A DNA stretch of 63,763 bases, filler included, from Lenisia limosa (taxonomy: Eukaryota > Protista > Breviatea): NCBI GenBank assembly GCA_001655205.1. It is 10 parts of 10 records of this genome, joined end to end, with 100 filler letters (N's around TTAATTAATTAA, not from the genome) between each part and the next. Parts side by side here need not be neighbours in the genome. Positions count along the whole stretch, not along the records: positions 26,231 to 30,972 come from LPNZ01001382.1; positions 31,073 to 37,185 come from LPNZ01002836.1; positions 37,286 to 45,180 come from LPNZ01002727.1; 7 more parts are not named here. One strand, 5' to 3'. The number at the start of each line of letters is the position of its first letter. The first letter of the stretch is position 1. A model generated the notes under the pieces. The model worked only from the letters and a program-made list of their open reading frames with translations. It made no database searches and was not told the DNA's origin. Positions 26,283 through 40,300 of this stretch are shown here, piece by piece. The translations under genes and the position numbers were made by a program.

Positions 26283-26717
26283 CCGGAACCGGAAACCCGA
26301 CGCTACTGATATCTGCGGCTGGTTGGGCGGAAGGGGGGGGGCCTTATATAGGGCTTATGATATGTTAATTAATAGTATTATTATCAATTACCTGGAGCTC
26401 CAATATATATTTGTCGTCGGACAGATGCGGGGGAATTGAAAATTTCAAATTTCAAAATTAATTGTCTGATATAATTATGAGCACAGATTCCTAATCAACG
26501 TTTACATTTTAACGATCAAGGCACCATTAAATTCGGGGAGAAGAAGCCTGTTGCTTTCACCGAGAACTTTGTGTTAGTCAATGACCCGCAAGTGAGCCCT
26601 TTACTCATCCAAAGAGCATTTCTTTCTGAATTTTCTGACCCTATTTAGTTCCAAGGAAATCGTTACTTCCTCGCCAATAACGGTAGGTCTTTATTGACAG
26701 CCGCCTCCCAGGCTTGA
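26283..26717 (+). CDS. NTF2-like (NXT1/p15-like) protein, C-terminal part
   Basis: GTGNPTLLISAA|GTIKFGEKKPVAFTENFVLVNDPQ|FQGNRYFLANNGRSL...* parallels the NXT1 pattern VLVVICGSVKF...FNQNFIL. Confidence 0.55.
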
Positions 26718-27661
26718 CAGTCTTTCCAAGTTTGACCTTCAATATTAAAAGAAAGAGATTTTAAAGTTACCACATGAAATTTCTTCTGATTCCCATATAT
26801 GCATATACACATACTATACTCATAATTACTACATAGGATTTCCAGGTTAATAATAATCCCAACTATTTCATTGGAATCCCATCAGTGCGCCGTAAGGACC
26901 GTAGCAAAAGAACGTCATTTCAGCAACTTTAATTTCTAATTATGCCAATGCTCCGAATAATTAACTAAAAGAAGTTCTAGCTGTGATGCTTGCTTCCTCA
27001 ATTGCTGTTTATTGTATTGTTTCTCAAACCTTCAATTCTGACACCTGTTTTCTACAGAATACATTCATTCTGAGAAAATCTTTTTTCACTGAAAATGCTT
27101 CTAACTCCTCCAAATGTGATCGTCCAGCTCGTTCTGACAAGTTGATACGTCATATTTCTTTAATTCACATTTCTTTGAATTCATAATTAGGCGCTTCATT
27201 TCGGTTCAAAAAAAGACTGAATTTCTCGATAAATCCTCGAAAACTATCGATATTTTACCGGTCTTTTTGGAACCGAAGTGACGCCCTATTCATAATTCTT
27301 CAAATCACTCATTTCTTTGAGTTCTAACTTTTCCAGTGTTCCGATGCGAGAGAATGTAACTCAACAAAAACCATCGACAACGTCTATTTCGACAGTCTAG
27401 CTCCCGTGGAGGCTGAAATTCGTACCATGTTAGGGTTCCATTACCATGAAGGTCTTTGATTCTGAAACAGTGAAAGAGATCAAAAAGTCGACATTGTATA
27501 AATAGCAAACCATAATAGATGTGTGCAAGCGGAATTATAGGAGTTCTGAGACTATTTAGGGAGATAGGAAGTACACTGAACACAGCTCACACCCTTAAGA
27601 AATTGACCCTCCATTAGCCCACCCTAAGCTCACCCTTTGTCTACTTAAACGCCTTTTGGCC

Positions 27662-30600
27662 ATGTCTGCGGTTGATGATGTTGGAGAAGAGAATTGTCCA
27701 ACCAAACGCGACCAGGTTGTTTGATAGGACTCTGAGGGATTGGGGCACAAAACCTATAATCACGAACTGAGCAAGAGGCCTGAATGGTTAAAAATAATAT
27801 GGCTCAATAAAAATTCATGATCATTTGGGCAATGCTCATGTAAAAACAAGAGAAAAAAAATATGGACTACATGAGATACACATGTACGTACATAGATGAT
27901 ATCATATATTATATACATGTAGTTGGTAAAATCATTCTCCAAAAACAATGAATTCAATGATGAATAATCGGTATCCACATATAGTGACCAGGATAAGTTT
28001 TGACCGATTGCTCTGTGATTAGGTCAAGACTCCGGTTACTGTATATCATATCCTTTTTCACCCCCCTCCCCTCCCCACACACACACCCAACCACCAGGCT
28101 TCGGTTCGAAAAAGACTGAATTTCTCGACAAAACTTCGAAAATTATCGATATTCATAATCCATCCACCCCACCAAATGGTCCAACTTGTAGTCTGTGTTG
28201 GCCACCACTTCCTTCGAATCTCCGTAATTGCCTAAGTCATAAAAATGGGTGGGGGGAAAAAAGGGGAGGGGGGATGGTGGGTCTTTTTCTAATTGATGAA
28301 AAACAGCCTACCAAATCCGAATTTCTTGTCAAGTAGTACTTATTGAGGCCAAGAACCGTGCTAAATAAATCAGACAAGCATGATTTCATATGAATGAGAA
28401 ATAAAACAAGGTTGTATCTGGCCAAAGCCGTCCACTTCATCACGCTTATAAGATATTAGTTTGAAAACTGTCATATTATATCTTTAACCGTTTTTCTTTA
28501 GATGTCCTTTTTCAATTGGCTAAGGTTAGAATCGGATTACGTTGTGTGCTTAGAGAGTAGGTGAAAAGCAGTTTTCAGCAGTCAAAGCTGAGGGCGGTGT
28601 TCCTTTTGTTGGAGAGCCTTCGGACGTGATATCATTTCTCAGGTTTGTAATCTTCGGCCTTCCCACATTTTATCTTCTGAGATGTGAATTTAAAATGAGA
28701 ATTCTAAAACCCAAAAGAAGTGGACAGTGAATATGCTGTTCCCGAAAGAGCATATGAGCCACGAGCTGCCATTCCTCAAGAGATTATAAAGAGATGTAGC
28801 TGCCGACGAGAAAGTGGGCCCTTGTTTATTTGCGTTGTTCGATACTTCATATTTTCTGTAGATACATTTGCTCTATTGATTTGACAAAATAGCTCGGTTG
28901 TGGTCGACTTCGCTAAACGCCATGTTTTTGGGCGTTGTCCAAGTGTGTGGTTGAACATTATTAGCTGTTATCTTGACTTTGAAATTATTGCATCCCTTAA
29001 CAAGATGAACAGATAATGATGCTCTAGACCTTTTCTACTGCCAGTATTCAGTAAAACTGGTCTGGGTTGACGTTTTCTTAATCTTTCAAGCTATCAAAAC
29101 CAGGTAATTCCAACGGTACTACACGTAATAAGCGTGTCTAAATTGAATAAACCAAAAATTAAGGCTGATTGGCCTGATCTTGGAAGCCGACTTTTTTCTT
29201 TTGGAACCAATTCTCATGTGTCAGATGTTCACCCAGATTCCAAAGGCAGGCGTCTAATGGAGCTCCTCCACGTTCTATTAATGTTAGTAATGCATGATCT
29301 CTTCATCGCTGTTCTTTGTCAGGTTGAGAAAGCGTTGGCGTGCAGTGGGATTTTAACATTTCTTGAAATTGTTGGTTTATGTGTAATTTACCAATTTAAC
29401 CACATGAAGAACTTGCTTTTGAGTTATCCAAAGAAATGGGCAAATTAGGACACGGAGGTTTATTTCCTTATAAAATGTTTTACCGAAATTTTGTATGGAT
29501 CATTATAAAAGAGCTTTATTGCACCTAAAATCTCTGCAGATAGCAGTAATGGAACGTTCAAAAACACAACCGATTTGAACTTTCTTGCGGCCCCTCTCTT
29601 CTATTGCAGTGAACGGCGACGCCATCACTTCTTTGGTTGATCTTTTGCAGTCGACAGTCAGTATTGGTCAAATTTTACCATATTATCTCCTTCTTTCTGT
29701 AAACTAAATCCTTGTTTTTTTTCATTTTCCATACAGGTTGAAAATGCACTATATTCTGGAATCATTGAACATGGCTCAGTGTTAGAGGTGTCAATTTTCA
29801 TAGTAGGTCTGAACTAATCAGTGAACAAATGCTTTCATTCATAGTAGGTGTGAACTAATCAGTGAACTAAAACTTCAAGTGATCAGATAAAAAAAATAAT
29901 AATAATAATAATAAAAAACCCAAAGAAAAAAAAACGATTAAAATAATATCTAACCTGATGGCAAGGGGTGAGAATGTCGTTTGGTCTATTAGTACTTTTG
30001 TAAAAGTCTAAAACAATAAGAAAATCGGGGTGAGGTATGATGTGTGGAGAGTCGTTTTGAAACATAAACCAACAACCAATCCTGAAATCAACACAATCAT
30101 TTGGAAACCAGCGCTTCACTTCCATTTCCAAAAATGACTAATAAAATATGAGTATTTAATTGTTTTTTTTTATGTCTTATGGAATATTGGAATTATAGAT
30201 ACAAAAGTGACGCTCTGCTTTTTATATGCCTTTTTTATATCGAGAATGTAAGCTCCTATCAACATACCCACTAAGCTTATGCCACAAGAATTAAAACTAC
30301 ATGTATATACATGTATATATTCCAGAAATTTTGGTCAAATTTGGGATTGTCCTAACACCCACCGTTTTGATATGTCGGTCCATGAAGACGTACCAATACT
30401 GCGCAAACGGGGCAATTGCAAACCCCACAAGGGCCATACGGAAGTTACGGCCAGGATTAAACTTAAACTCACAATCCGGGGAAGACTCTGAGAGCATTAA
30501 AAAAGACCACTTTGTGAAAGAACAGGATCAGCTTCACTCTTCACCTTGAAGGAAGATACAACAACAGAACACGATTAGAGATACTTAACTTTCGGTTCCA

Positions 30601-30950
30601 AGAGGCATGAAAAATATCGAGGCTTTATCGTGAATTCAACAGTTATTTGGAACTAATATAATCGGTTCTAATTAAACCCCAATAATTTATCTTTGAGCAC
30701 CTAAGGTGCTCTAAATACCTACAACCAAAATTTTAAGATTGTTGCGATTTTAGAAAAAATTCTAACCGAAAAAATTCTGAATTTCTCGATAAATCTTCAA
30801 AAACTATCGATTATTTCACGGGTTATTTCGGAGCGAAGTGAAGCCCTTCATCTCCTACTTTTATGACACGAATGCTCGATCTGTTGGCACGTAAAGTCAG
30901 CTATGCTGCCCAAAGCGTAGGCGGTAGACATGCGGGTGGTGAGGGGGTTG
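27662..30950 (+). CDS. Multi-exon gene, unknown function
   Basis: Exons MSAVDDVGEENCPTKRDQ, RVGEKQFSAVKAEGGVPFVGEPSDVISFL, SVVVDFAKRHVFGRCP, DVHPDSKGRRLMELLH|VEKALAC, NGDAITSLVDLLQST|VENALYSGIIEHGSVLE, all with GT-AG ends. Confidence 0.5.
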
Positions 30951-31955
30951 ACTGAAAGTTGGCGCATATACANNNNNNNNNNNNNNNNNNNNNNNNNNNN
31001 NNNNNNNNNNNNNNNNTTAATTAATTAANNNNNNNNNNNNNNNNNNNNNNNNNNNNNNNNNNNNNNNNNNNNCACTAAAAGAGGGTAAGATTCAGAAAAA
31101 AAATCCTGTGAAAAGGCAAAAGGGGGACCCCCCCCCCCGAGACCAAATTCACGGATTTTTGACATTTGCTCAAAATTGAAAAAAAGGAGGTCCATTTTTC
31201 TATGTATCTGTCGAAGCATTTTTTCAAAAAACACTAGCAATGGCNNNNNNNNNNCACATATATCTATTATTTGGATCGTAAAAGAATACTACAATTTGAT
31301 CATTTGGTGTCCCTTAAGCATACACTCCATATGTCGGCATTTTCATCAAATGAAGAAGGCATGAGATTTATTGCCCCAATAGGTTCGAAATCTAGAAATT
31401 AGATAAAATTATTAAGTTAAATTGTGAGAAAACACGATATTGCATTTGTTACAGAGATAACGTTGATTCACTGTGATCGAACAAACATGAACTTAGTATG
31501 TAATACATTTTCACCATTTATGTCATCCGTATGTATATTGCTATTTGTAAATGTTCTCTTTGATGTGTATTCTTCTTCAAAAAAATAACTCTTTAAAGGT
31601 CCGATAATTGCCCACTACAAACCGATAATTGCCAAAACGGAGTTGGGAGTAAGAGAGAGGAACCCCACTTGGCTACCAGCTTCAATACCCGGTGGGTGGT
31701 TGGAAATGAAGGGAATAGAGCCTCCCTCCTGAATATATCAGCAAAATAATCTAAGAATGGTGGGAAAATGATACATTAATGTTGATCAAAATACTTGTTT
31801 TCCCATCAAGTTCGGAGGTGTTACGATTTGTTGCATGGCTGTTCAGTGCAAAGATTATGAAGCTATCAGACAATATCATTTATGATCAAACCCATTTTGT
31901 CGATACTAACCCATTTGAATTTAATGATAATAATAGATCAATACCCTCTGCTCAC

Positions 31956-34900
31956 CAGACCTCCATTTCCGGGATTAGCTGACGTAAACCAATTCCTGTC
32001 ATTGCTCAGAATATGCATATGTCCTTCAGTAGCATAGATCTGAAAATGAGTTTAAGCAATAAACAATATGTTAGTAATGTAGTCTGTACATAACAATACC
32101 CACGTACCTCTCTTATCATATGTGATTCTAACACGGAATTCCACTGGTTATTACTATGCCCACAGGCGCCTGACGTTGAACATAATGTCTGTGCGTGACC
32201 AGAAGCTACAATTGTAACAAGACTTGGAATGTAGTAATATCATAGAGAAGAGACAATTTGTCATTTTAAGTGTTATCTTTGTTTGCAGTTATATACAAAT
32301 GAATTAATTGATATGAGATGATATGCTTACAAAACCCAAATTTCTTAATATATTGAGTTGATAAACACTCTCTTCTAATGAGTTTCTGCGTTCGATAATT
32401 CCGTTTACCGTCCCAGATTGCTGCAGAATTTGGTGACGTTGCAACGCGAAAAGCTGTCATGTTTAATGGCAGCTCCATTGGACCTCTGACAGGATCTGTT
32501 ACATCTGTAAGGTTATTATAGATTATTTCTATTTTATATTGTTAAGGGCTACGTGCAATTAATTGAAAAATGAATTTCAAAAATTGAAGTCGGACATATT
32601 GTGACGAGAACACCTTTTCTGACACTTTAATTTCTAATTTTGTCAATTAATTTCTTCAATAATTAATTGCACGAGGCCAAATATTTTTTCCTCACATAGA
32701 AAACCTATTGTCCATCCCTTGACACACATACATTGTATTAGGCATCCCCTACCTACTGAGATTGTATACAGATGCCGCGTGCATGCCCCATACAACGACA
32801 ACTCCATCCTTCTTCACCGCTGCCCCTCCCTCTCGGTGAAGCGAAAAAGAAATAACCTAAAACAATTCAGTCTCGCTAGATTTTCAATAATTGCTTGTAT
32901 CTCACAAGGATAATTTAAACAAATTCCATTTTGGTAAGCTTCACAAATTTTGTCGTAGAGAAAATCATGAAAATATGGGTTGGGTCAGTGAATTAGTATG
33001 AATATCACATTTCGATCTTCAGTAGACGTTTTGTTGTTGACAAAATGAGTTTAAGGAAGCAAAAATCCAAATTAACAGATCATTTAACAAGGGTAATGGA
33101 AAAGATAAAAATACATGTATAGAATAATTCCACATTAATAGAAAAGTATAATATGAATATGAACACATATTGCACTGTCGAATGTACAATGCAGAAGGAC
33201 CTACATTGCTCTGTATAAGTGTAAACTGGTTGAGAGTGGCATCGGTTCCTGACAATGTAAATGTCATCCTTTGCATTACCAAGAGGAGTTTGCTTTCATT
33301 TTTTGGAGAAGAACGTATCATTTAACTTTCAACTTTAAACATGAACTCAATTTCTTGTGGTTTACTTAAACATCCAAATTGATAAGTCCATGAATTAGTT
33401 GATGAAGTTGGAAGTATCTCACCCATTTACCTGTGTAAGGAAGTCTTCCATCATTGGCAAGGCCTGATACATATAGACGGTTGTCATCTTTAAATTTCAG
33501 AAATTAATCCTGGAAATTGAAGTCTTTCAATATAATATGACACTATAAACACACCATACTTTTTAGAGCGGCAACAGTGAATTCTGAAGCTTGAATGTCG
33601 ATTGCTTTGGAAACCAAATTAGTCTGTAATAATAAATCATAAATACTCCTGGATGATTAACACTTGCGTGAACCAATTTTAGAGAATTGGGCAAAATGGT
33701 ATGGTATGGTATGTTTGAGTTTAAGCTGGTCTCCAAACGAGATTGATTACATAATCTTAACCGAGCGCTAAATCCATTCTTTTGATCAAAAATAGCCAAA
33801 AGATGTACCAAATCCATGGAAAAATCTTTACACTCTGAGGTTTCATTCAAGCTGCCTGATTCTATAGGCTCAATTATTCATCAGACACAGAACAGTATCT
33901 TCCCTGTTGGTGTGCGCATCAAACCGTGCTTAGTTCAGAGAGGGTTTCGTAATGGCCTAGTGCTGTCTAAAGAGTGTAATTGGTCTTACAATGGTTTCAT
34001 TTATCATGGTATCGCTCAATTTTAATTCCTTCTCTACGATGAATATTCGAAAATGAGGAAGTAATACGTGAGAGAGCATTTGTGGTTGCCAAGATCAGAG
34101 AAAACACTACTAACCTGTCCAAAGTCGTTTCGTCCTGAAGCTCTGACTCGACCTTTCACTAAAAAAGCAATTAAAAAGCGAGAGTTTATTTAATCGGATT
34201 TCGAAAACTGCAAAAGAAATTTTTGATGATTTCTTGGATCAGTTCTTACAGCCAAGCGTACCATCAATGGTATAAGTTGCAAAGGAGTGAGCGACTTTTG
34301 TTGTCCAGTAGGCGTGAACTGTCACAAACTCAACTGGCCTAAAAATATCTTATTACACTCTCACTGAAAAAGTTTGATGCGGATTTGGATATGATTTTGA
34401 AACAATAAGTTTCCACCATACCTGGTGTATATTCGCCCCTCTTCAATATTTGGCTGGTCAGTCAGCCTCGGTGACAGTTGTCCATAAAGGTTGCTACCAA
34501 CGCCCATCACCCTCGAATCAACTAGAAGAGTAAAGATAAAGAGAATACTGGTCAGTGTTTCAAAACTTGAGTGTATAATGCTAATTTTCTATAATGCCAC
34601 TGTTCGCTTGTTAAAGATAGAATAAACAGCTTTAGCAAGTAACCTTTTTGCTTCTTTAGGGCGGTCGTCCAATATATTATACATATAGTATATATATTCT
34701 ACCTTAAAAGCCATGAGAGGTATACACTTGGTATACACATGGGGTATACACATGGGGTACGGGGGGTATGGGATCAGGCCGAAAATTAGGTATTATATAA
34801 CTACATGCTATATTGTGGACAACCACCCTACACCAGTTTTCAAAAATGCAGCCTACCCCACTTCACCCTACCTGTTAACCAAATAGTAGAGATTGGCCCC

Positions 34901-35133
34901 GCTGCCACCATAATGACATTATCAGACGCAAGTATAACTGCTGTAGGGACAGAAGGAAGACATATAGAGGAGTTGCCGGGAATATGTTGTCCCATATGGC
35001 AGCACCCAATACAACCTTCTGATGATTGTTCTCCAAATCCGATGAGGCTGGCTGGAGCAAGTAAATTAATTGTAGAGGTGAGAAAAGCGGAAGAATTGCC
35101 TGGCCGAAGCCGTACATCATCAGCATTTAGATA
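31956..35133 (-). CDS. RCC1/BLIP-II repeat-containing protein (partial model)
   Basis: ...NVIMVAAGPISTIWLT|.DSRVMGVGSNLYGQLS and GRVRASGRNDFGQ|TALG match RCC1 repeats. Further exons continue (NDNRLYVSGL..., IYATEGHMHIL...). Confidence 0.65.
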
Positions 35134-36454
35134 CTGAGTAGTGAATAGTGAATACGATGATCATTTGTCTGCTAAAAGCCGCCTTGGTTAATAGACCTCA
35201 TTGAACCAGGCAATCAAGTTATAACAGTAAAGGTGTCAGCATGACAAATACTGTTATAATTGCTATATATAATCGAAAAATTAATATTAGTATGAAGATG
35301 GCTTTTTGTTAATCTTTTAAAATTGGATTCATATTTGAATTTAGGAAGAGCTGGTCTACAAGAAAGAACTTATCAATTACTAAATCGGTATCACGTAACA
35401 GAATTGTTTTACACAGATTTTGAGACAAATTATTAAGGTTATGGGACTATTTTTGTAATAAAAAGACAATAAAAGTCAACATTATAGTTTTAAAAGGTTA
35501 TACTGCCTTGGGTGATCATGATGATGACGGATTTGACCTAAAGCGGAAACGAACGTTATTAGCAATAAAACCATAATCTGAGGCTTACCATTTGATTTTT
35601 GTAAGGAGTAAAAAACAATGACAAAGAGAACAAAGAACCAGGAAGAGTCAAGCATGCTGAATCAGCGGTTTCAGCGGACCTTCCTTGAATAAGGGTTTCT
35701 TTACTCTTCTTTTAGGCTTCAAAAGAATAATAATAGTGTAATATATTTACATAGCTTTGTCTAATGATTGAGTAAGTGTACAGGCGCAAAACAAAATAAC
35801 CTAAAATATTTTCTGGGGGTGCGAATGATAGACAAATTCATATTCCGATGTGGTCCAATCTGCTAATATCCTGCTCCTACTCCTACCTCCAACCTACCTC
35901 ATCTTGCTTCTATCAACATTGTATCAACTCGCAGTCGAAGAGCTCATGCGGCCTTGTGGACTGGAACCATATCACCTATCACATACCTCATACCGCCTCG
36001 ATTTATTGAAGAGTTTTTTTTTGTCTGAAGAATATTGTTGCACTGTGTTGCAATCTTGAATACCAAATGTGAACTCAACGAAACCCCCTTTTTCTTCTTC
36101 TTTTGTTTTTTCACTTCTATCTTCAGCAAAAGTTAAACAAAAACTACAATTACAACTACATTTAGGACTAGAGAAGATCTAAGAATGCTGATGAAACAGA
36201 CGCGAAGAGACTGAGAGAATAGGAGAGGGCTTCAGGCTGCCATCTTGCGGGTAAGATTGGGATGTTGTTCTTGTAAAACAAGCATTTGGAATTGGGTCTT
36301 GAATTGATGAAGCAATTTAAAAAAGTAGCGGGTATGAATTGGTGTTCAGACTATGTTCCCCACCTTAATCAAGATAACCCCACCTTAATAACAAAGCGGT
36401 TGACAAGAGAGGAAGCCAAACGCTTAGTCCGAACATTGCCTATGAAGTTAGTAG

Positions 36455-36592
36455 TCAGAGTTGTAAGGCAAATGATTGGGCGAATTAATATTATACTATA
36501 ATCCAATATCTCTTGTAAACTTGATGGTGTGGACGGCTTCGGCCAGATACTACCTTATTTTTTATTTCTCATTGATATATATGAAGTTAGTG
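36455..36592. repeat. Dispersed repeat family D (~140 bp, no obvious TIR), representative copy
   Basis: Core ATGAGAAATAAAAACAAGGTTGTATCTGGCCGAAGCCGTCCACACCATCACGCTTATAAGAG...CCAATCATTTGCCTTACAACTCTG. Copies at ~860, 11955, 18185, 18237, 19455, 28390, 37783, 51354, 51812 and 53195. Confidence 0.8.
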
Positions 36593-37399
36593 GTTGTTGA
36601 ACGGGATTGAGGTTGCCCCGCCCTATTCGTATTAATGGCACATGAAATAGGCACATTTTCAGCTGCCAGACTGTGTTGATCAATCGCAACTCAATATATT
36701 TCTGAACTGGGGTAAATTGGAGTATGGCACCAATTTAGCCCCCTGTAGAAAACACAAACAGTGGTAATAAAAGCATGAAAAAAACTCACAATTTCACTGC
36801 ACCCACCTGTAGTCTGCTATTACCACAAGGATGGAGAGCCGCAGTGACAATGGGGGGAAGAACTGAAGGAATAAGCTGTTTATATTGGTAAGACCTGCAA
36901 AAGGACATGACTAGGAATTTAGATTCATAAAATAATAAAATCTGGTATTGCATCTGCTGCTCACCCATTACAATACAAATCGTTTTTCGGTTTTAACCTT
37001 CTACTTTTTGCATTTTCAACGTGAGTAAAACATCTATCATGTTACGGCAGCTAACCAGGGAGGGCGAGGAGGGGGGCAAAGGCAGCAGGGGGGAAGGGCC
37101 AGGCAAGGAGCATACCTGAACATGTGGCTACACTGGAGGAGGTGATGTTTAATAGGAAATATGAACGACGGTAAGTTTTCAGAGANNNNNNNNNNNNNNN
37201 NNNNNNNNNNNNNNNNNNNNNNNNNNNNNTTAATTAATTAANNNNNNNNNNNNNNNNNNNNNNNNNNNNNNNNNNNNNNNNNNNNTGTTTTGTTGTTATC
37301 AACCCTCGTGTGTTGTCTGTCAGCCATTTCATAATTACTTTCAATTTAAACCTTTTATGTACAACCCCCAGATACCTTTTTGACCCACCCACCCCCCAG

Positions 37400-40300
37400 A
37401 TGTACATTCTTGGGGGCACGTTTGACCAAGTCGATAACGGGAAATTATGGCGTCTTTCACTCATCGATTTGACCTGGAAGGGGTTCACCGTAAACATACC
37501 CCCTCGTCGCCACGCGTCTATGGCAGAATTACCCTCTGGTATGAAGAGGGGAGTAAAATGAAGAAAATTCGATGAAGAATATCGGTGTAAAGGCACAAAT
37601 CACGAAGCGAATAATCTGAAACTCCAGTAAACAAACAATAAGGAAAGGGTGTAGTAAAGGGTATGTATGACATGGAAGCAAGGTTTTTTTTTTTGAACAA
37701 GAGAAATAATATATTACATTATCTAGGGAAACAAAATAATACATAGGGACACCATTAACAAATTACCATACCTCCGCAAGGGAGGCACGCAGAAAGCTGT
37801 GTACACAAAGTTGTAAGACAAATGATTGGGTGAATTAATATTAACTTTATAATCCAATCTCTTACTGATTTTCTCGATAAATCCTTGAAACGAAGTGAAG
37901 CCTTAGTCTTACCACACGTTTTTTTTTTGTTGTTGTATTGAATCGACAAAAGGACTGAACCACCTTAATCTCTTTAGGCAAGCTGTTACTTGTTGGAGGA
38001 GAAGGGCCCTCAGGCGGTATTTATGGGGACGCTTGGTGGGGGGAGGGGGAAGTAGGGTTTCACTTCGGTTAAAAACAAAGACTGAATTTTCTGATAAATC
38101 CTCGAAAACTATCTATCTGTATCATTCTTATCAAAGCTCTCTTTTCCCCCAGATTGCCCGGAGTTGGTTTGGGCCTTTTTTGCTTCATAAATTTTCCAAT
38201 TTTACACCCTTCAAAACTTCAATATACCCCCAGTCATCCCCCTTCCTTCCCAGGTTTATTGACGTCAATCTTGGGACTCAGCGTCATGACCAATCCATAC
38301 CACTTCCGCCTAGGTTGATTGGGGGGTGGGGGGTATTCTTGGCTTATCTAAAAAGGGGGTGGCTTCGTCTGTAGTTAAAAAAAGTGGTACAAGTGGTATT
38401 TACTACCTCATTTTACAAGGTTATTTTTTGGGCACAAGCGATGTGTTTTTTAAAAAGCCGCCCATTTTTAGATAAGCCGAGAAGTAGGGGAAATCTTGGC
38501 TAATGACGAGTATATTTTTTCGGTTAGAGCCTAAGGGGAGGTGGTGGTGTCAGATTCCTTTCAACTAGACAAGTAAAGGCTATTAGCATGCCATATTACG
38601 ACACTAGGAATGGAAGTAATATACACTGGCCGCGATAAGGGCTTCACTTCGGTTCGAAAAAAAGTACTGAATGTCTCGATAAATCCTCGAAAACTATCGA
38701 TATTTGACCGGTCGTTTTCGAACCAAAGTGAAGCGATTGAGCTCAATAAGTGTATAATGTAGCTAATGTAAGTTGAGCTTCCCTTTAGTCCGTAAAAGAC
38801 TGGTAAAATATCGATTCTATCGAGGATTTATAGGGAATTTTAGTTTTTGACATCGTAGGGAAGCCCTAAGTGTAAGCTAGGAAGAATTTTCCCTCTCTTT
38901 TTCTCATGTTGTAGAATGGGGCACATCGCTCAGTGTACCCCCCAGGGTGTTATTGTTATTGGAGGCTGTGTGGGATGTAAGTGAGATTGTACCCCCCAGG
39001 GTGTTATTGTTATTGGAGGCTGTGTGGGATGTAAGTGGGATTGACTTAAGCCGAAACCACATGATTAGCCAGGTACTTGCTGTATCAATCTCCGTTCACC
39101 CAAAACCAAGCAATTAATATCGGTTCACCCAAAACAAAGCTACTCATATCGTTTCACCCACACAACACTGACCATACCCAATAATGTGACTTATTCGACA
39201 CAATTCAGTCAATATCCAATAATCTCAACACTCTTTTTCCATAATTCATCCAAAACCCAATAATCTGATCTATTCAGCCTCGGCAGTACTCTGCGAAGAA
39301 TCAAACGACGTTTGGACGTACACTGAAAGCACCAACACGTATGTAACGAGTGAATATTATTCTATATGTACGCTGGGCAGTGTAGCCCTCTTGCTTCCCT
39401 AGGTCCGAAAAAACAGTATTCTTCGATTAATCCTCGAAAATTTCTTAACTTTCACGTTCTTTTTTATGACCGGATAACCCATTAATATGTTAATTACAGC
39501 TATTCAGGACATTACATACTGTGTAAAGAGGTTCAAATATTTGGTAAATTGTTTGCACATAAATACATAGTATTATTATACAACTAATTTGTATGTTTTG
39601 ACAACATGTAACCCTCGAAAGATGGACTGCTCTCCACCAAATCGCACCTGTACCACAAGCCAGGACACATGCTGGTAGGGCATTTTAAGGACCCAATATC
39701 ATCCTGTGTATCCTTTATCACTCCTCTAAGCCCCCTCCCCCCCGATGTGATGCGATATTGCAGAAGCGACTGGCTGGGCTTTGTTTAATTTGTTTTTATC
39801 AACCCTCGTGTGTTGTCAGTCAACAGAGTTGATTTTTGGCTTTTTTTTTGTTTCATAAATTGTCCAATTTTACCCCCCCCCCCAGCTGTTGCAATCTCCG
39901 ACAACCTACTCTTCATATTTGGAGGCAGCGCGGTTCACGACTTCGGGCGGACCCAAAGAGACGTTGCCCTTTCCGACCTCTGGGCGATGGAGTTTTTCGG
40001 TTGGTCTAGTCTATTGTAAAAAACTTAGGGCTTCTTGCAATTAATTGAAAAATTAGCTGCCAAATTTGACGTGGGCCATATTGTCGTGGGAACTCCATTT
40101 CAGACACTTTAATTTCAAACTTTGGCAATTAATTGCTTCAAAAAGTAATTTGCACAGAGTCGTTAAAAAACTGTAATTATATAGCGTCTTATAATATACA
40201 TATTATAGTATAATATAGATATATGTATAGTCAAAGCTCCGGACATCATTCAAAATTCCCGGACAGATCAAAACTCCCGGACAGCTGGACAATCACCATA

